A stretch of 64,000 nt of DNA from assembly GCA_001787405.1 (NCBI GenBank), contig MFWV01000011.1:118860-182859 (forward strand). Direction: 5' to 3'. The stretch is from Candidatus Pacebacteria bacterium RIFOXYA1_FULL_38_18 (lineage in GTDB: Bacteria > Patescibacteriota > Microgenomatia > UBA1400 > PJMF01). Positions 49,535-59,832 of this stretch are shown in pieces. The stretch's first letter is position 1; each line of letters opens with the position of its first letter. The translations under genes and the position numbers were made by a program. The notes under the pieces are model-generated. The model searched no databases and was not told the origin of the DNA. It saw only the letters and a program-made list of their open reading frames with translations.

Positions 49535-49585
49535 ATGATAATTTTCCGCTCGGCAAAATCTTTGAAAAATTGTATGATCAACTTT

Positions 49586-50278
49586 ATGAAGCTCTCAGTC
49601 ATCATGCCGGTTTATAACGAAGAGGAGACAGTGGTCGTCATTTTGGAAAAATTGGCAACCATTTCCATTGTTGACGAGATCATAGTCGTCAATGACGGCA
49701 GTCAAGATAGTTCAGAGAAAAAAATCAAGAATTTATTGAAATCTAATAAAAAAGGTATCAAAAAAATTAAGTATTTTGCCAAAGAAAATGGTGGAAAAGG
49801 TTCGGCAGTGCGATTGGGTCTGACCAAAGTCACTGGTGACTACACCATGATTCAAGATGCTGACTTGGAATATGATCCAGATGATATTCTGGAGCTAATC
49901 AAGCCGATTCAAAAGCAACGAGCGGAAGTAATTTATGGTTCGCGTTTTTTGGGTCCTCATTCCAATTTGCTCTTTTGGCATCGAGTGGGCAACACTTTTC
50001 TCAATTTATTGGTTAACTTGCTTTACAACACCACTTTGTCAGATATGGAAACTTGCTACAAAGTCCTTCCCACCAGTCTTTTTAAATCACTGAACATTCA
50101 AGCAAACAAATTTGATCTGGAGCCAGAAATTACCTGCAAGGTTTTGAAACGTGGTTATAAGATTTATGAAGTACCGATTACTTATGTGGGACGGGATTTT
50201 TCCGAAGGTAAAAAAATCACTTGGCGCGATGGAATCGACGCTTTGCGGGTAATTGTTGCTTTGCGCTTGGAGTTTTAA
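49586..50278 (+). CDS. glycosyltransferase family 2 (dolichyl/polyprenyl-phosphate sugar transferase-like)
   Basis: MKLSVIMPVYNEE... and DAD motifs. Met at 49574 is an alternative start. Confidence 0.75.
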   Translation: MKLSVIMPVYNEEETVVVILEKLATISIVDEIIVVNDGSQDSSEKKIKNLLKSNKKGIKKIKYFAKENGGKGSAVRLGLTKVTGDYTMIQDADLEYDPDDILELIKPIQKQRAEVIYGSRFLGPHSNLLFWHRVGNTFLNLLVNLLYNTTLSDMETCYKVLPTSLFKSLNIQANKFDLEPEITCKVLKRGYKIYEVPITYVGRDFSEGKKITWRDGIDALRVIVALRLEF

Positions 50279-50410
50279 TCTGGTTGAATTTTTTTTGAGC
50301 CCTGGTTTTTTAGAGGTTTAGTTGGAATTTTTATCGATTCTGATTTGAGTTTTTTGAGTTTTTTTTCAATATCAAATTTGAGTTTTTCTCGATACAATGT
50401 TTGAGGACAT

Positions 50411-52729
50411 ATGTTGAAGTTTAATAAAATTTACGATTTATTTAAAAGTAATAGTTTTCAATTTTGGTTATTGTTCATTCTCATCATTTTGCTTCGTTTT
50501 TGGCCATTTTTTCAGGGGAAAACCCTAGTTTTTGGTGATAATTATTCATTACTAGTACCGGTGCGGCTTTTTACGGCTGACTGGCTCAAACAAGGAGTAT
50601 TGCCACTCTGGAATCCACTCAATTTTGCGGGCATTCCTTGGTTGGGAGATATCAATCCTCTCTATCCAGGTATTTGGTCATTTGTTATTTTTCCTCCGGC
50701 CTTGGCGCTCAACTTGACTGTTATTGGTCACTTATTGATTAGTTACGCAGGCATGTATTTATTGGCAAAAGCCTGGCTTAAAAAACATGCTTGGGCCATT
50801 ATCTCAGCTGTGTTTTGGATGCTTTCCACTCAAATTACTGGCAGTATTAATAATTTAGCCACTCTGCAATCAATTGTTTGGTTGCCTTGGTTGTCATATT
50901 TTGGTTTACAAGTAGTTCGGCAACCACGAGCGCGGTGGTGGTTTGCCCTAGTCGTACTGTTACAGTTTTTGGGTGGTTATCCGCAGCACATTCTTTATGG
51001 TGTTAGTTTGGCAGTATTATTTTCAGCTTTTATTAATTGGCGTCAAATTACTTTCAAAAATTGGCTTTCCGCCTGGATTATCACGGCTTTGGCAGTTTTC
51101 AGTTTATCGGCAGTAGCTTGGCTTCCTTTTGTAGATTTGCTTGTGCGCTCTACCAGAACACTGCAAACCTCAGCTCAAGCTTCGGTCGGTTCATTGCATC
51201 CAGTGATGTTTATCAAGTTTATTTTGCCCTACTTTTTTGACAATGCCAGTGCGGGTATGAAGTGGGGACCGGTGTGGAGTGGTCAGCTCAATGCTGGTAT
51301 TTATATGACTTGGCTGGGTTGGTTGGCGGTAGGGAGTTCCTTGTTTAACAAAAACATCAGAAAAAATATTCTCAAAAAAGAAGTGTGGTTTTTTGCTGTG
51401 CTTACTTTGATTACACTAGTAATTTCTTTGGGCCAATATTTACCAGGATTTATGTTTTTACAAAACGCATTGCCGTTTTTACGGGTAGCGCGCTATCCCA
51501 GTATGATGATGATTTTAACCAATATTATTTTGGCATTGTGGACAGCAAGAGCATTACAAAACTGGACACTTACCCGCGTGGCAAAAAAATGGTTACTGAG
51601 TTTGGGAGGAGTGAGTTTGGGGGTGGGTTTGCTGGGATGGTGGATCACTCAAACAGACTTTGAGAGTCTATGGAATGCGGTCAATAGTTTCGCCTCTTTT
51701 TCGCTTAGCAATAGTCCTTTCCATACGCTAGAACGAGATAAAATAATTATGTTCGAAATAGTAAAAAATATAGTATTTAACAGCTTTTTCTTATTGGCAT
51801 CAATTTTTGTTTTTTCCAAAATTAAGCGCTGGTGGGCGCCGTTTGTTTTGGTTTTTATAATCAGTTTGGATTTGATTTTTAACACTCATGGTCAGTTCTT
51901 TTTTGCACCCAATAAAATTTATGATACTCAATCTTCGTTTGTACAAAACTTACGCTCACAAACAGCAATAACTCATTCCGGTTTTGAGCAAAGATTGCTC
52001 ACGCGCAACTTTAATGTGCCATACACAGATTTTGGTTCATATTGGGAAGCACTGGTAGTGCGAGCGCCATTTTCTGATTCATTTGTAGATGAGCGTGAGT
52101 TGCAAGAATTCAATCACGTTCAAGCACTGCGTGATGGCCAAACACCCAACTGGAACATTGTTTATGGTTTACCCACCATCAGTGGTTACACCACGCTTTT
52201 GCCTCACGATTACGCAGCCATTTGGAATAAAGATGGAGAGCCGAGTATTAATTTTATTACCATGGTTGATCCAGCCGATTCCTTATTAGATGACTGGGCA
52301 GTCAAATATTATCTAGTAGATACTTGGTTCAAAATTGATGAAGATTTGAGTCAATTTCCGCTAGTAGCCAAATTTGATCGTTGGGAAATCTTGGAGCGAA
52401 AGTATGCCAAAAAGAGAATTCGCTTTGGTGATGATAGTGCGGCGGAACTGATTGAGTTTCAGGAAAATCCCAACTCAATGAGTTTTAGTTTGGAAAACTC
52501 TGATCATCAATCAACCCTGATTATTGCCGATCGTTTTGATCCCGATTGGCAAGCAAAAATCAATGGTTCACCAGTCAAAATCGAGAATCATCAAGGTATG
52601 AGACGAATTTCTTTGACATCAGGCGTGAATCAAATAGAGTTGCGTTATTGGCCAAAATGGTTTTATTTGGGTTTGGGAATAACTTTGATGAGTGGATTGA
52701 TAATGATCTATCAACTGCGGAAAAAATAA
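50411..52729 (+). CDS. large polytopic membrane protein (YfhO/ArnT-like putative membrane glycosyltransferase)
   Basis: 772 aa, ~13 TM helices, large C-terminal extracytoplasmic domain. Confidence 0.5.
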   Translation: MLKFNKIYDLFKSNSFQFWLLFILIILLRFWPFFQGKTLVFGDNYSLLVPVRLFTADWLKQGVLPLWNPLNFAGIPWLGDINPLYPGIWSFVIFPPALALNLTVIGHLLISYAGMYLLAKAWLKKHAWAIISAVFWMLSTQITGSINNLATLQSIVWLPWLSYFGLQVVRQPRARWWFALVVLLQFLGGYPQHILYGVSLAVLFSAFINWRQITFKNWLSAWIITALAVFSLSAVAWLPFVDLLVRSTRTLQTSAQASVGSLHPVMFIKFILPYFFDNASAGMKWGPVWSGQLNAGIYMTWLGWLAVGSSLFNKNIRKNILKKEVWFFAVLTLITLVISLGQYLPGFMFLQNALPFLRVARYPSMMMILTNIILALWTARALQNWTLTRVAKKWLLSLGGVSLGVGLLGWWITQTDFESLWNAVNSFASFSLSNSPFHTLERDKIIMFEIVKNIVFNSFFLLASIFVFSKIKRWWAPFVLVFIISLDLIFNTHGQFFFAPNKIYDTQSSFVQNLRSQTAITHSGFEQRLLTRNFNVPYTDFGSYWEALVVRAPFSDSFVDERELQEFNHVQALRDGQTPNWNIVYGLPTISGYTTLLPHDYAAIWNKDGEPSINFITMVDPADSLLDDWAVKYYLVDTWFKIDEDLSQFPLVAKFDRWEILERKYAKKRIRFGDDSAAELIEFQENPNSMSFSLENSDHQSTLIIADRFDPDWQAKINGSPVKIENHQGMRRISLTSGVNQIELRYWPKWFYLGLGITLMSGLIMIYQLRKK

Positions 52730-52757
52730 TTAGCAGTCATTGATTTTGTCTGCTTAA
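52730..52757. promoter_or_regulatory. CIRCE-like operator upstream of dnaJ (TTAGCAGTC-N9-GTCTGCTTAA)
   Basis: Left half identical to the dnaK CIRCE. The right half carries a one-base insertion. Confidence 0.45.
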
Positions 52758-52820
52758 CTTTCAAAGCAAAGCTTGTTACAATTGCGTTCATTAAATAATC
52801 AATTTTTTAGATAATTAATT

Positions 52821-53690
52821 ATGGTAACCAAACGTGACTACTACGAAATTTTGGGTTTGAAAAAAACCGCTACTGCAGCTGAAATTAAGTCGGCCTATCG
52901 TAAAATGGCCTTGAAATATCATCCTGACAAAAATAAAGAATCAGACGCTGAACAAAAATTCAAAGAGATTAATGAAGCCTATCAAGTTTTATCTGATGAA
53001 AAGAAACGTCAGATGTATGACCAGTTTGGTCACGCAGCCTTTGATCCAGCTTCGGGAATGGGCAATATGGGTGGTGCTGGCGGTCCTTTTGGTGGTTTTC
53101 AACAGGGTCCGTTTACTTGGAGTTATACCACTGGTCGGGGCGGCGGGCAGGAGGGTGCTAACTTTGATTTTGGTGATCCTTTCGAGATTTTTGAGCAGTT
53201 TTTTGGTGGTGGTTTCAGCCGTGCCCGCCGCCCTCGCTATGGACTCACCATTGAATTTATGGAAGCCGTACACGGAGTAGAAAAAGAAATCGAGATAAAT
53301 GGTAAAAAACACACTGTCAGAATTCCTGCTGGAGCCAATGATGGCACTCGCTTACGATTTGACGAGTTTGATGTCTCGATAGAAGTCAAGACTCACTCCA
53401 GATTTAAACGTGATGGTTATGATGTTTTTTTGCTAGAAAAAATCCCCCTAACCACCGCACTTTTGGGAGGAAATATAGAAATTCCCACTTTGCGAGAAGA
53501 AAAACTAAAATTAAAAATTCGTCCTGGTACCCAATCTCACAGTCTAATTCGTTTGCGTGAAGAGGGTATTAGAAATTTGCGTGGTCGAGGTAAAGGAGAT
53601 TTATATGTGCGCATTGTCATTGATGTTCCAGAAAAATTGACCCGCGAGCAGAAAAAATTGATCGAAGAGCTCAAAAAAACCGAGTTATAA
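52821..53690 (+). CDS. dnaJ: J-domain co-chaperone DnaJ/CbpA-type (no Cys-rich zinc finger)
   Basis: J domain DYYEILG...HPDKN, G/F-rich region, C-terminal substrate-binding domains. No CxxCxGxG repeats. Confidence 0.85.
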   Translation: MVTKRDYYEILGLKKTATAAEIKSAYRKMALKYHPDKNKESDAEQKFKEINEAYQVLSDEKKRQMYDQFGHAAFDPASGMGNMGGAGGPFGGFQQGPFTWSYTTGRGGGQEGANFDFGDPFEIFEQFFGGGFSRARRPRYGLTIEFMEAVHGVEKEIEINGKKHTVRIPAGANDGTRLRFDEFDVSIEVKTHSRFKRDGYDVFLLEKIPLTTALLGGNIEIPTLREEKLKLKIRPGTQSHSLIRLREEGIRNLRGRGKGDLYVRIVIDVPEKLTREQKKLIEELKKTEL

Positions 53691-53869
53691 CCAATTTATC
53701 CTCAAAAATAAACCTAGTTTTTTATCACCAATTGGTTGTTTTACAAGATTAGTGATATAATCACTCTCGGTCGAAATACTCTGATGAAAGACGGATCCTT
53801 GAAGACCGTCTTTTTTGATAAATTGGACCAAAAATAGTAAAAATAAAAAACAGCAAAAATAAGGACAAC

Positions 53870-55216
53870 ATGGCAAATTTAAGCAATGTAATGAGAACAG
53901 AATTCGCAGCGGCTATCAATCAGATTGCCACTGAAAGAAAAATAGATCCAGAGGAAATCTACGAAGCAATTCGTCAGGCTTTAGTTTCTGCCTATCGCAA
54001 ACAAATGGGTATTTTGGATGAAGAATTTTATTATTTCACCAAACTAAACCCAGAAACTGGAGAATCAAGAATTTTTAGTGCTCCAGTTTTGGAACGAGAT
54101 GAAGAAACAGAGGAAATTACCAAATGGGATGAAACTCAAGTCAAAGAAGTAACTCCTCCTGGTTTTGGTCGGATAGCTGCTCAAACTGCCAAGCAAGTGA
54201 TTTTGCAACGCATTCGCCGTTCAGAAAAAGATCAGATTATTGCTTCTTTCCAAGATAAGATTGGTGAAATGATTACTGGTCAAGTTTTGCGTATGGATCG
54301 TCGTAGTGTGGTAGTTGATCTGGGTCGTGGCCATGGCTGGATGCCCCCAGAAGAACAGATGCGTGGTGAGTTTTATCGTTTAAATTCTAGAATTGCGGTT
54401 TTGATCAAGGACATTCGAGAAACTCCCAGAGGAGAAACCGTCATTGTTTCTAGAGCTGATAAAAACCTAGTTGCCAAACTTTTTGAGCGTGAAGTACCAG
54501 AAGTAGCTTCCAAAGCAGTAGAGATTGTAGCTATTGCCCGCGAGGCAGGCGTGCGTACCAAATTGGCGGTTCGATCCACTCAAGAGGGTGTCGATCCGGT
54601 TGGTTCATGTGTCGGTCAACGTGGAGTGCGGGTTCAGAAGGTTATTGAAGAACTGAATAATGAAAAAGTAGACATCATTCCTCATTTTGAAGACATGCAA
54701 CTTTATGTCAAAGGCGCTCTAGCTCCGGCCGAAAATTTACTGGTTGAACTTGATGAAAAGAAAAAACTTATCACGGTCACAGCTCCTGACGATCAACTTA
54801 GTCTGGCAATCGGACGAGGTGGTCAAAATGTTCGACTAGCAGCCAAGTTACTTGGTTATAAAATTACGATCAAGACTGCTGCTGGCAAAGTAGAGACTCA
54901 AGCCACTGGTGATGAAGAATATGAGATAGACACCTATGATGGTTTGACTGATGAAGCCAGAGAAATCTTGGTGCAAAATAAACTGACTACCCTCAATGAC
55001 TTGGTTCGTTTCCAAGACAAATGGTTGGCTATGGAAGACTTGGCTACAGATCAAAAAGAAATCTTGCGTCAACGAGTTGAACAAGATATCAAGGATCAAG
55101 CTGCCAGAGATGCTGCCAAAGAAGCAATGGCCAAGGCTTTCGCGGAACCCGTGGCAGAAGTGATTGAAGAGACCAAAGCAGAAAAACAAGTAGAGGAACC
55201 AGCAGAGGAGAAGTAA
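53870..55216 (+). CDS. nusA: transcription termination/antitermination factor NusA
   Basis: N-terminal domain, S1 and two KH domains, plus an acidic C-terminus. Confidence 0.9.
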   Translation: MANLSNVMRTEFAAAINQIATERKIDPEEIYEAIRQALVSAYRKQMGILDEEFYYFTKLNPETGESRIFSAPVLERDEETEEITKWDETQVKEVTPPGFGRIAAQTAKQVILQRIRRSEKDQIIASFQDKIGEMITGQVLRMDRRSVVVDLGRGHGWMPPEEQMRGEFYRLNSRIAVLIKDIRETPRGETVIVSRADKNLVAKLFEREVPEVASKAVEIVAIAREAGVRTKLAVRSTQEGVDPVGSCVGQRGVRVQKVIEELNNEKVDIIPHFEDMQLYVKGALAPAENLLVELDEKKKLITVTAPDDQLSLAIGRGGQNVRLAAKLLGYKITIKTAAGKVETQATGDEEYEIDTYDGLTDEAREILVQNKLTTLNDLVRFQDKWLAMEDLATDQKEILRQRVEQDIKDQAARDAAKEAMAKAFAEPVAEVIEETKAEKQVEEPAEEK

Positions 55217-55222
55217 GACGTT

Positions 55223-56716
55223 ATGGCCATGCAACCACGCCCACCCATCATCACCATCTTAGGTCACGTTGATCATGGCAAAACCACGCTTTTGGATTAT
55301 ATCCGTAAGACTAATCTGCAAGCCAAAGAAGCTGGCGGTATTACCCAACACATTGGGGCATATCAAATAGAATATGAGGGAAAACCATTGACCTTCATCG
55401 ATACTCCTGGTCACGCAGCTTTTAATAAAATGCGCCAACGTGGTGCACAAATTACTGACATTGTGGTTCTGGTAGTTGCGGCCAATGATGGTGTCAAACC
55501 TCAAACTATTGAATCTTTGCGATATATAAAAGAAACTAATGTTCCTTTCTTAGTCGCAATCAATAAAATCGATATAGAAGGTGTCAGAATAGATGAAGTC
55601 AAAGCTCAATTAGTCGAACAAGAAGTGATTGTCCGCAGTTTTGGAGGAGAGATAGAATCAGTTGAGATTTCTGCCAAATCTGGCAAGGGTGTTGATAAAT
55701 TATTGGAAACATTGACGGTAATGGCCGAGCTTTTGGAACTAAAGGCCGATCCTCAGGCTCCGCTGAAAGCTGTGGTAATAGAAGCAGCTAAAGATCCTCA
55801 TAAAGGCCCGATTGCCAGAGTAATTGTTCAACAAGGCACTCTCACCACTCGCCAGGATATTTTAGTAGGCGATATTGAGGGTCGCGTTAAATTGCTAACC
55901 AATGAACAGGGCAAGCAACTTCAGCAAGTACTACCAGGAGAGCCTGCCGAGATTGTTGGTTTGAAAGATGTTCCAGAAGTGGGCTCAGTGATTCAGGCAA
56001 AGGGAGCGGATTATCAAGTTGCTGATGAATCGGCAAAATTGAGTGAAAAGGATGAACCATTGACCGTGAACGAAACCGACGGATTGACTGGTTGGGAAGA
56101 TGTTGATTTTGATGAGGCTTTTGGGGAAAAAATCAAACTTAATTTAATTGTTAAAGCTGATGTGAAAGGTACCCTGGAGGCTATTTTGCAAAACATTGAC
56201 AAAGAAAGTGTTAACCTGATTGCTTCAGGAGTTGGTCCAGTCACCGAACACGAAATTGAACTAGCCGATACCAGTCGTTCATTGATCATTGCTTTCAATA
56301 TTAAAGTACTGCGCAATACCAAGAATTTTGCCAAAGATCTAGGCGTCAGAATCAAGGAATATAAAATTATTTATCACCTAATTGAAGATTTGCAAAAACA
56401 AATGCTCAAAGTGATGGAGCCGACCATTGATGAAGTGGTCATTGGCGAGGCAGAAATTGTTCAGCTTTTTGAGATCAAAGGAGAGCAGATTGCTGGAGTA
56501 AAAGTCAAGACTGGTGAGATTAAAAAATCTGATCTTTTACATTTGAAACGTGACGATAAAATCTTGGCCAATCCAGTCATTACTCAAATGAGGCATGGTA
56601 AGGATGAGATTTTATCTGTCAAAGCCAAAAATGAAGCTGGTCTGACTTTTAAAAACAAAAAACTTGATTTCCAAGTAGGTGACACTATCATCGCTTACAA
56701 AAAAGAAGACGATTAG
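55223..56716 (+). CDS. infB: translation initiation factor IF-2 (short form lacking the long N-terminal region)
   Basis: G-domain GHVDHGKTT and DTPGH motifs. Position after nusA. Confidence 0.9.
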   Translation: MAMQPRPPIITILGHVDHGKTTLLDYIRKTNLQAKEAGGITQHIGAYQIEYEGKPLTFIDTPGHAAFNKMRQRGAQITDIVVLVVAANDGVKPQTIESLRYIKETNVPFLVAINKIDIEGVRIDEVKAQLVEQEVIVRSFGGEIESVEISAKSGKGVDKLLETLTVMAELLELKADPQAPLKAVVIEAAKDPHKGPIARVIVQQGTLTTRQDILVGDIEGRVKLLTNEQGKQLQQVLPGEPAEIVGLKDVPEVGSVIQAKGADYQVADESAKLSEKDEPLTVNETDGLTGWEDVDFDEAFGEKIKLNLIVKADVKGTLEAILQNIDKESVNLIASGVGPVTEHEIELADTSRSLIIAFNIKVLRNTKNFAKDLGVRIKEYKIIYHLIEDLQKQMLKVMEPTIDEVVIGEAEIVQLFEIKGEQIAGVKVKTGEIKKSDLLHLKRDDKILANPVITQMRHGKDEILSVKAKNEAGLTFKNKKLDFQVGDTIIAYKKEDD

Positions 56717-56871
56717 AGTTTTTGGTTTTATTTCCCTTTTTTTGAATAAATTAATTTTACTTTTTCTTTTTTGAGCTAATCTGGTACAATACACTTCTTA
56801 CAAATAAACCAAGGTTACTTTGTCGGCTGGCCAATTGGGAGCGAGCGGAACAAAGGAAAGAAAGGTATACC

Positions 56872-57141
56872 ATGGCACTAACAAGCGCCCAAAAAAATCA
56901 AATTATTAAAGACTTTCAGTTATTTGAAGGCGACACTGGTTCTCCAGAGGTGCAGGCTTCGTTACTGACGGCATCAATTCAAGAACTAACCGACCATTTG
57001 AAAACTCACAAGAGAGATAATCATTCCAGACGTGGTTTGCTCAAACAAGTTTCCAAACGTCGTCGTTTACTAAAGTTTTTACAGAATCGCAGTGAAGATC
57101 GCTATAAAAAGTTGATCGAAAAGCTGGGTTTGAGTAAATAA
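56872..57141 (+). CDS. rpsO: 30S ribosomal protein S15
   Basis: S15-like sequence and its position upstream of pnp. Confidence 0.93.
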   Translation: MALTSAQKNQIIKDFQLFEGDTGSPEVQASLLTASIQELTDHLKTHKRDNHSRRGLLKQVSKRRRLLKFLQNRSEDRYKKLIEKLGLSK

Positions 57142-57358
57142 CTGCTTTTTCTGGTATAATACTCATTGATTGGAAAAAAGTGGGCGAGAGGCCCTCGATT
57201 GGCAAAGAGTGATTGAACATCAAGTACTCTCTGCCGCTTGAGATCCCCCGTTCCACAAAATAATAATATATTTTCCAATCAGAAATATATTAATTAAAAA
57301 AGTTCTACTAAAATCTTGGCTCTTTAGAGAGTGAATTTTTTGGTAGCAAAAGGAATAA

Positions 57359-59707
57359 ATGGCATACCCCAAATATCCAGAAACATATAAAAAAACCATT
57401 GCTATTAATGGTAAAGAAATAAAAATAGAAATTGGAAAATTTTCCGAACAAGTCAGCGCTGCTGTCTTAGTTACCTGTGGTGAAACCACGGTCCATACTA
57501 CTGTAGCTTTGGGTCGTAAAGTCGATCTAGGTTACTTCCCTTTATCGGTTGAGTTTGCTGAAAAACTCTACGCTGCCGGGATTATCAAAGGCTCTCGTTG
57601 GGTAAAACGTGACGGCCGACCTTCAGATGATGTAATCTTGAAAGCTCGGGTGATTGATCGTACTTTGCGACCGCTTTTCCCAGAAGGTATTACTCATGAA
57701 GTACAGATCGTCAACACTGTTTTTTCATACGACGAGGAAAATGATCCAGACATGTTAGGTTTACTAGGTAGTGCCATTGGTTTGGCAGTATCTGAAATTC
57801 CTTTTGATGGTCCGATTGCTGGTTTACGCATTGGTTTTCAAAAAGAAACCGGTAAATTTATGTTAAATCCCACCAATACTGAGCGTGAAACTAGTGACTT
57901 GGATTTGATCGTTTCTGGTCGCAGTGATGCGATCGTAATGGTAGAGGCAGGAGCCAACGAAGTGAGCGAAACTACTGTCATAGAAGCAATGGCTTTAGCC
58001 CAACAAGAATTGGGTAAAATCTGCGCCACTATTGAAGAAATCGTGAGTGAAATCGGTAAAGAAAAAATCGAGTTAGTTACGGCAGAAGACAAACAAGCAG
58101 AGGCTGATCTTAAAGCTTTGGCAGAGCGTATTTATGCTGATTTTGCCAAAGAAGTTCGCACGGTAGTCGATCTTCAAGGCAGATTACAATCGATAGATTT
58201 TGAGCCAATTAAAGAAAAAATCTTGGCCAAACTCAATGACGGAGTGGAAGATGAAGTTGAGTTAATAACTGATAAACAGGTTGTAAAAGCTTTCAATCAC
58301 CTTGCTAAACAAGAAGCACGCAAAATGATTTTGGAAGATAATGTGCGTCCTGATGGCAGAAAAACAGATGAAATTCGTCCTATCTGGTGTGAAGTTGATC
58401 TTTTCCCCAGAACGCATGGTTCTGCTATGTTCAAAAGAGGTGCTACTCAAGCAGCTACGATTACTACGCTTGCTGATCCTACCTTAGGTCAATTGATTGA
58501 AAGTATTGAGGGTGAAAAAACTCATCACTATATTCATCATTACAACATGCCTCCTTATGCTTCCGGTGAAGCAGGTCGATTTGGTTGGCCCAAACGCCGA
58601 GAAATTGGTCATGGAGCCTTGGCTGAGAGAGCTTTGGTGCCCATGATACCAGATCAAAAAGACTTTCCTTATACCATTCATGTGGTTTCAGAAATTATGA
58701 GTTCCAATGGATCTACTTCACAGGCTGCGGTTTGTGGTTCTACATTGTCTCTCATGGCCGCTGGTGTACCCATTAAACGTCCAGTAGCAGGTATTGCTAT
58801 GGGTTTGATGTCTGATGGCAAAAAATACGTAGTGCTATCTGATATTCAGGGTTTGGAAGACCATGTCGGTGATATGGATTTCAAGATCGCTGGTAGCAAA
58901 GAGGGCATTACTGCCATTCAAATGGATATTAAACTCAAAGGTATTCCTCAAACTATTTTGGAACAAGCTTTACAACAAGCTAAACTTGGCAGATTGCATA
59001 TTTTAAGTGAAATGCTCAAAGTTATTAGTGAGCCTAGAAAAACACTTTCACCTTTTGCTCCCAAAGTAGTTCAAATCGAGATTCCTGCCGATAGAATTGG
59101 CGAGTTAATCGGTCCAGGAGGTAAGATGATCAAGGCTTTGATCGAAGAAACTGGTGCTGAAATCAATGTAGATGAAGATAAAGATCGTGAGCTAGGCTTG
59201 GTTAATATTTCTTCCAGCGATCAAACAAAGATTGATGCTGCGGTGGAAAGAGTTTCCAATATGATGCGAGTGATCGAGGTTGGTGAAGAATTTGATGGTA
59301 CAGTCACCAGGGTTGAAAACTACGGGGCTTTTGTAGAATATCTACCTGGTAGAGAAGGTTTGGTTCACATTTCTGAGATGTCACTGGAACGAGTAGACAA
59401 CGTCGATGACATTGTAAAGTTGGGCGACACAGTCCACGTCAGAATCAACGAAATTAAAGAAGACGGCAAGATTGGTTTGTCCATGCTTTCTGCAGAAGAA
59501 GGCGAACAAAAGAGATCTTCACGCAGTAATGGTGGAGATCGTGGTGGAAGTCGTACCGGCCGGAATGGTGGTTCCTACGAAAGAAATGGTCGTAACAATG
59601 GTCGCAGTAATGATCGCAACAGCAGAGGTGGTAGTTACAGCGGTTTTCGCAGTGACAATCGCGGCGGTCGTGATTCAAGAGGTGGTGGTTCATACGGCGA
59701 CAGATAA
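57359..59707 (+). CDS. pnp: polyribonucleotide nucleotidyltransferase (PNPase) with a C-terminal RGG/Arg-Gly-Asn-rich tail
   Basis: Two RNase PH domains, KH and S1 domains. Tail SRSNGGDRGGSRTGRNGGSYERNGRNNGRSNDRNSRGGSYSGFRSDNRGGRDSRGGGSYGDR. Confidence 0.95.
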   Translation: MAYPKYPETYKKTIAINGKEIKIEIGKFSEQVSAAVLVTCGETTVHTTVALGRKVDLGYFPLSVEFAEKLYAAGIIKGSRWVKRDGRPSDDVILKARVIDRTLRPLFPEGITHEVQIVNTVFSYDEENDPDMLGLLGSAIGLAVSEIPFDGPIAGLRIGFQKETGKFMLNPTNTERETSDLDLIVSGRSDAIVMVEAGANEVSETTVIEAMALAQQELGKICATIEEIVSEIGKEKIELVTAEDKQAEADLKALAERIYADFAKEVRTVVDLQGRLQSIDFEPIKEKILAKLNDGVEDEVELITDKQVVKAFNHLAKQEARKMILEDNVRPDGRKTDEIRPIWCEVDLFPRTHGSAMFKRGATQAATITTLADPTLGQLIESIEGEKTHHYIHHYNMPPYASGEAGRFGWPKRREIGHGALAERALVPMIPDQKDFPYTIHVVSEIMSSNGSTSQAAVCGSTLSLMAAGVPIKRPVAGIAMGLMSDGKKYVVLSDIQGLEDHVGDMDFKIAGSKEGITAIQMDIKLKGIPQTILEQALQQAKLGRLHILSEMLKVISEPRKTLSPFAPKVVQIEIPADRIGELIGPGGKMIKALIEETGAEINVDEDKDRELGLVNISSSDQTKIDAAVERVSNMMRVIEVGEEFDGTVTRVENYGAFVEYLPGREGLVHISEMSLERVDNVDDIVKLGDTVHVRINEIKEDGKIGLSMLSAEEGEQKRSSRSNGGDRGGSRTGRNGGSYERNGRNNGRSNDRNSRGGSYSGFRSDNRGGRDSRGGGSYGDR

Positions 59708-59832
59708 CTCTTTGAATTCCTGATCAAAACTGAATAATTTCGAAGACAGACAGCTGGATAATTTCGAAGCAGTTTGGTAACAACGAAGAAGAGTGATTCC
59801 AAAAATCTCGAGAAATCGATATACTAGTCTTC

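Noticed and set aside
50337-50390. tttgagtttttt repeated three times upstream of the 772-aa membrane protein gene
   Set aside because: A T-rich, low-information repeat in a promoter region. It could be an UP-like element, but there is too little evidence to call a feature.
59735-59770. Direct repeat ataatttcgaag (two copies 24 bp apart) between pnp and the aldolase-like gene
   Set aside because: Only two short copies. It could be a regulator site but is indistinguishable from chance by inspection.
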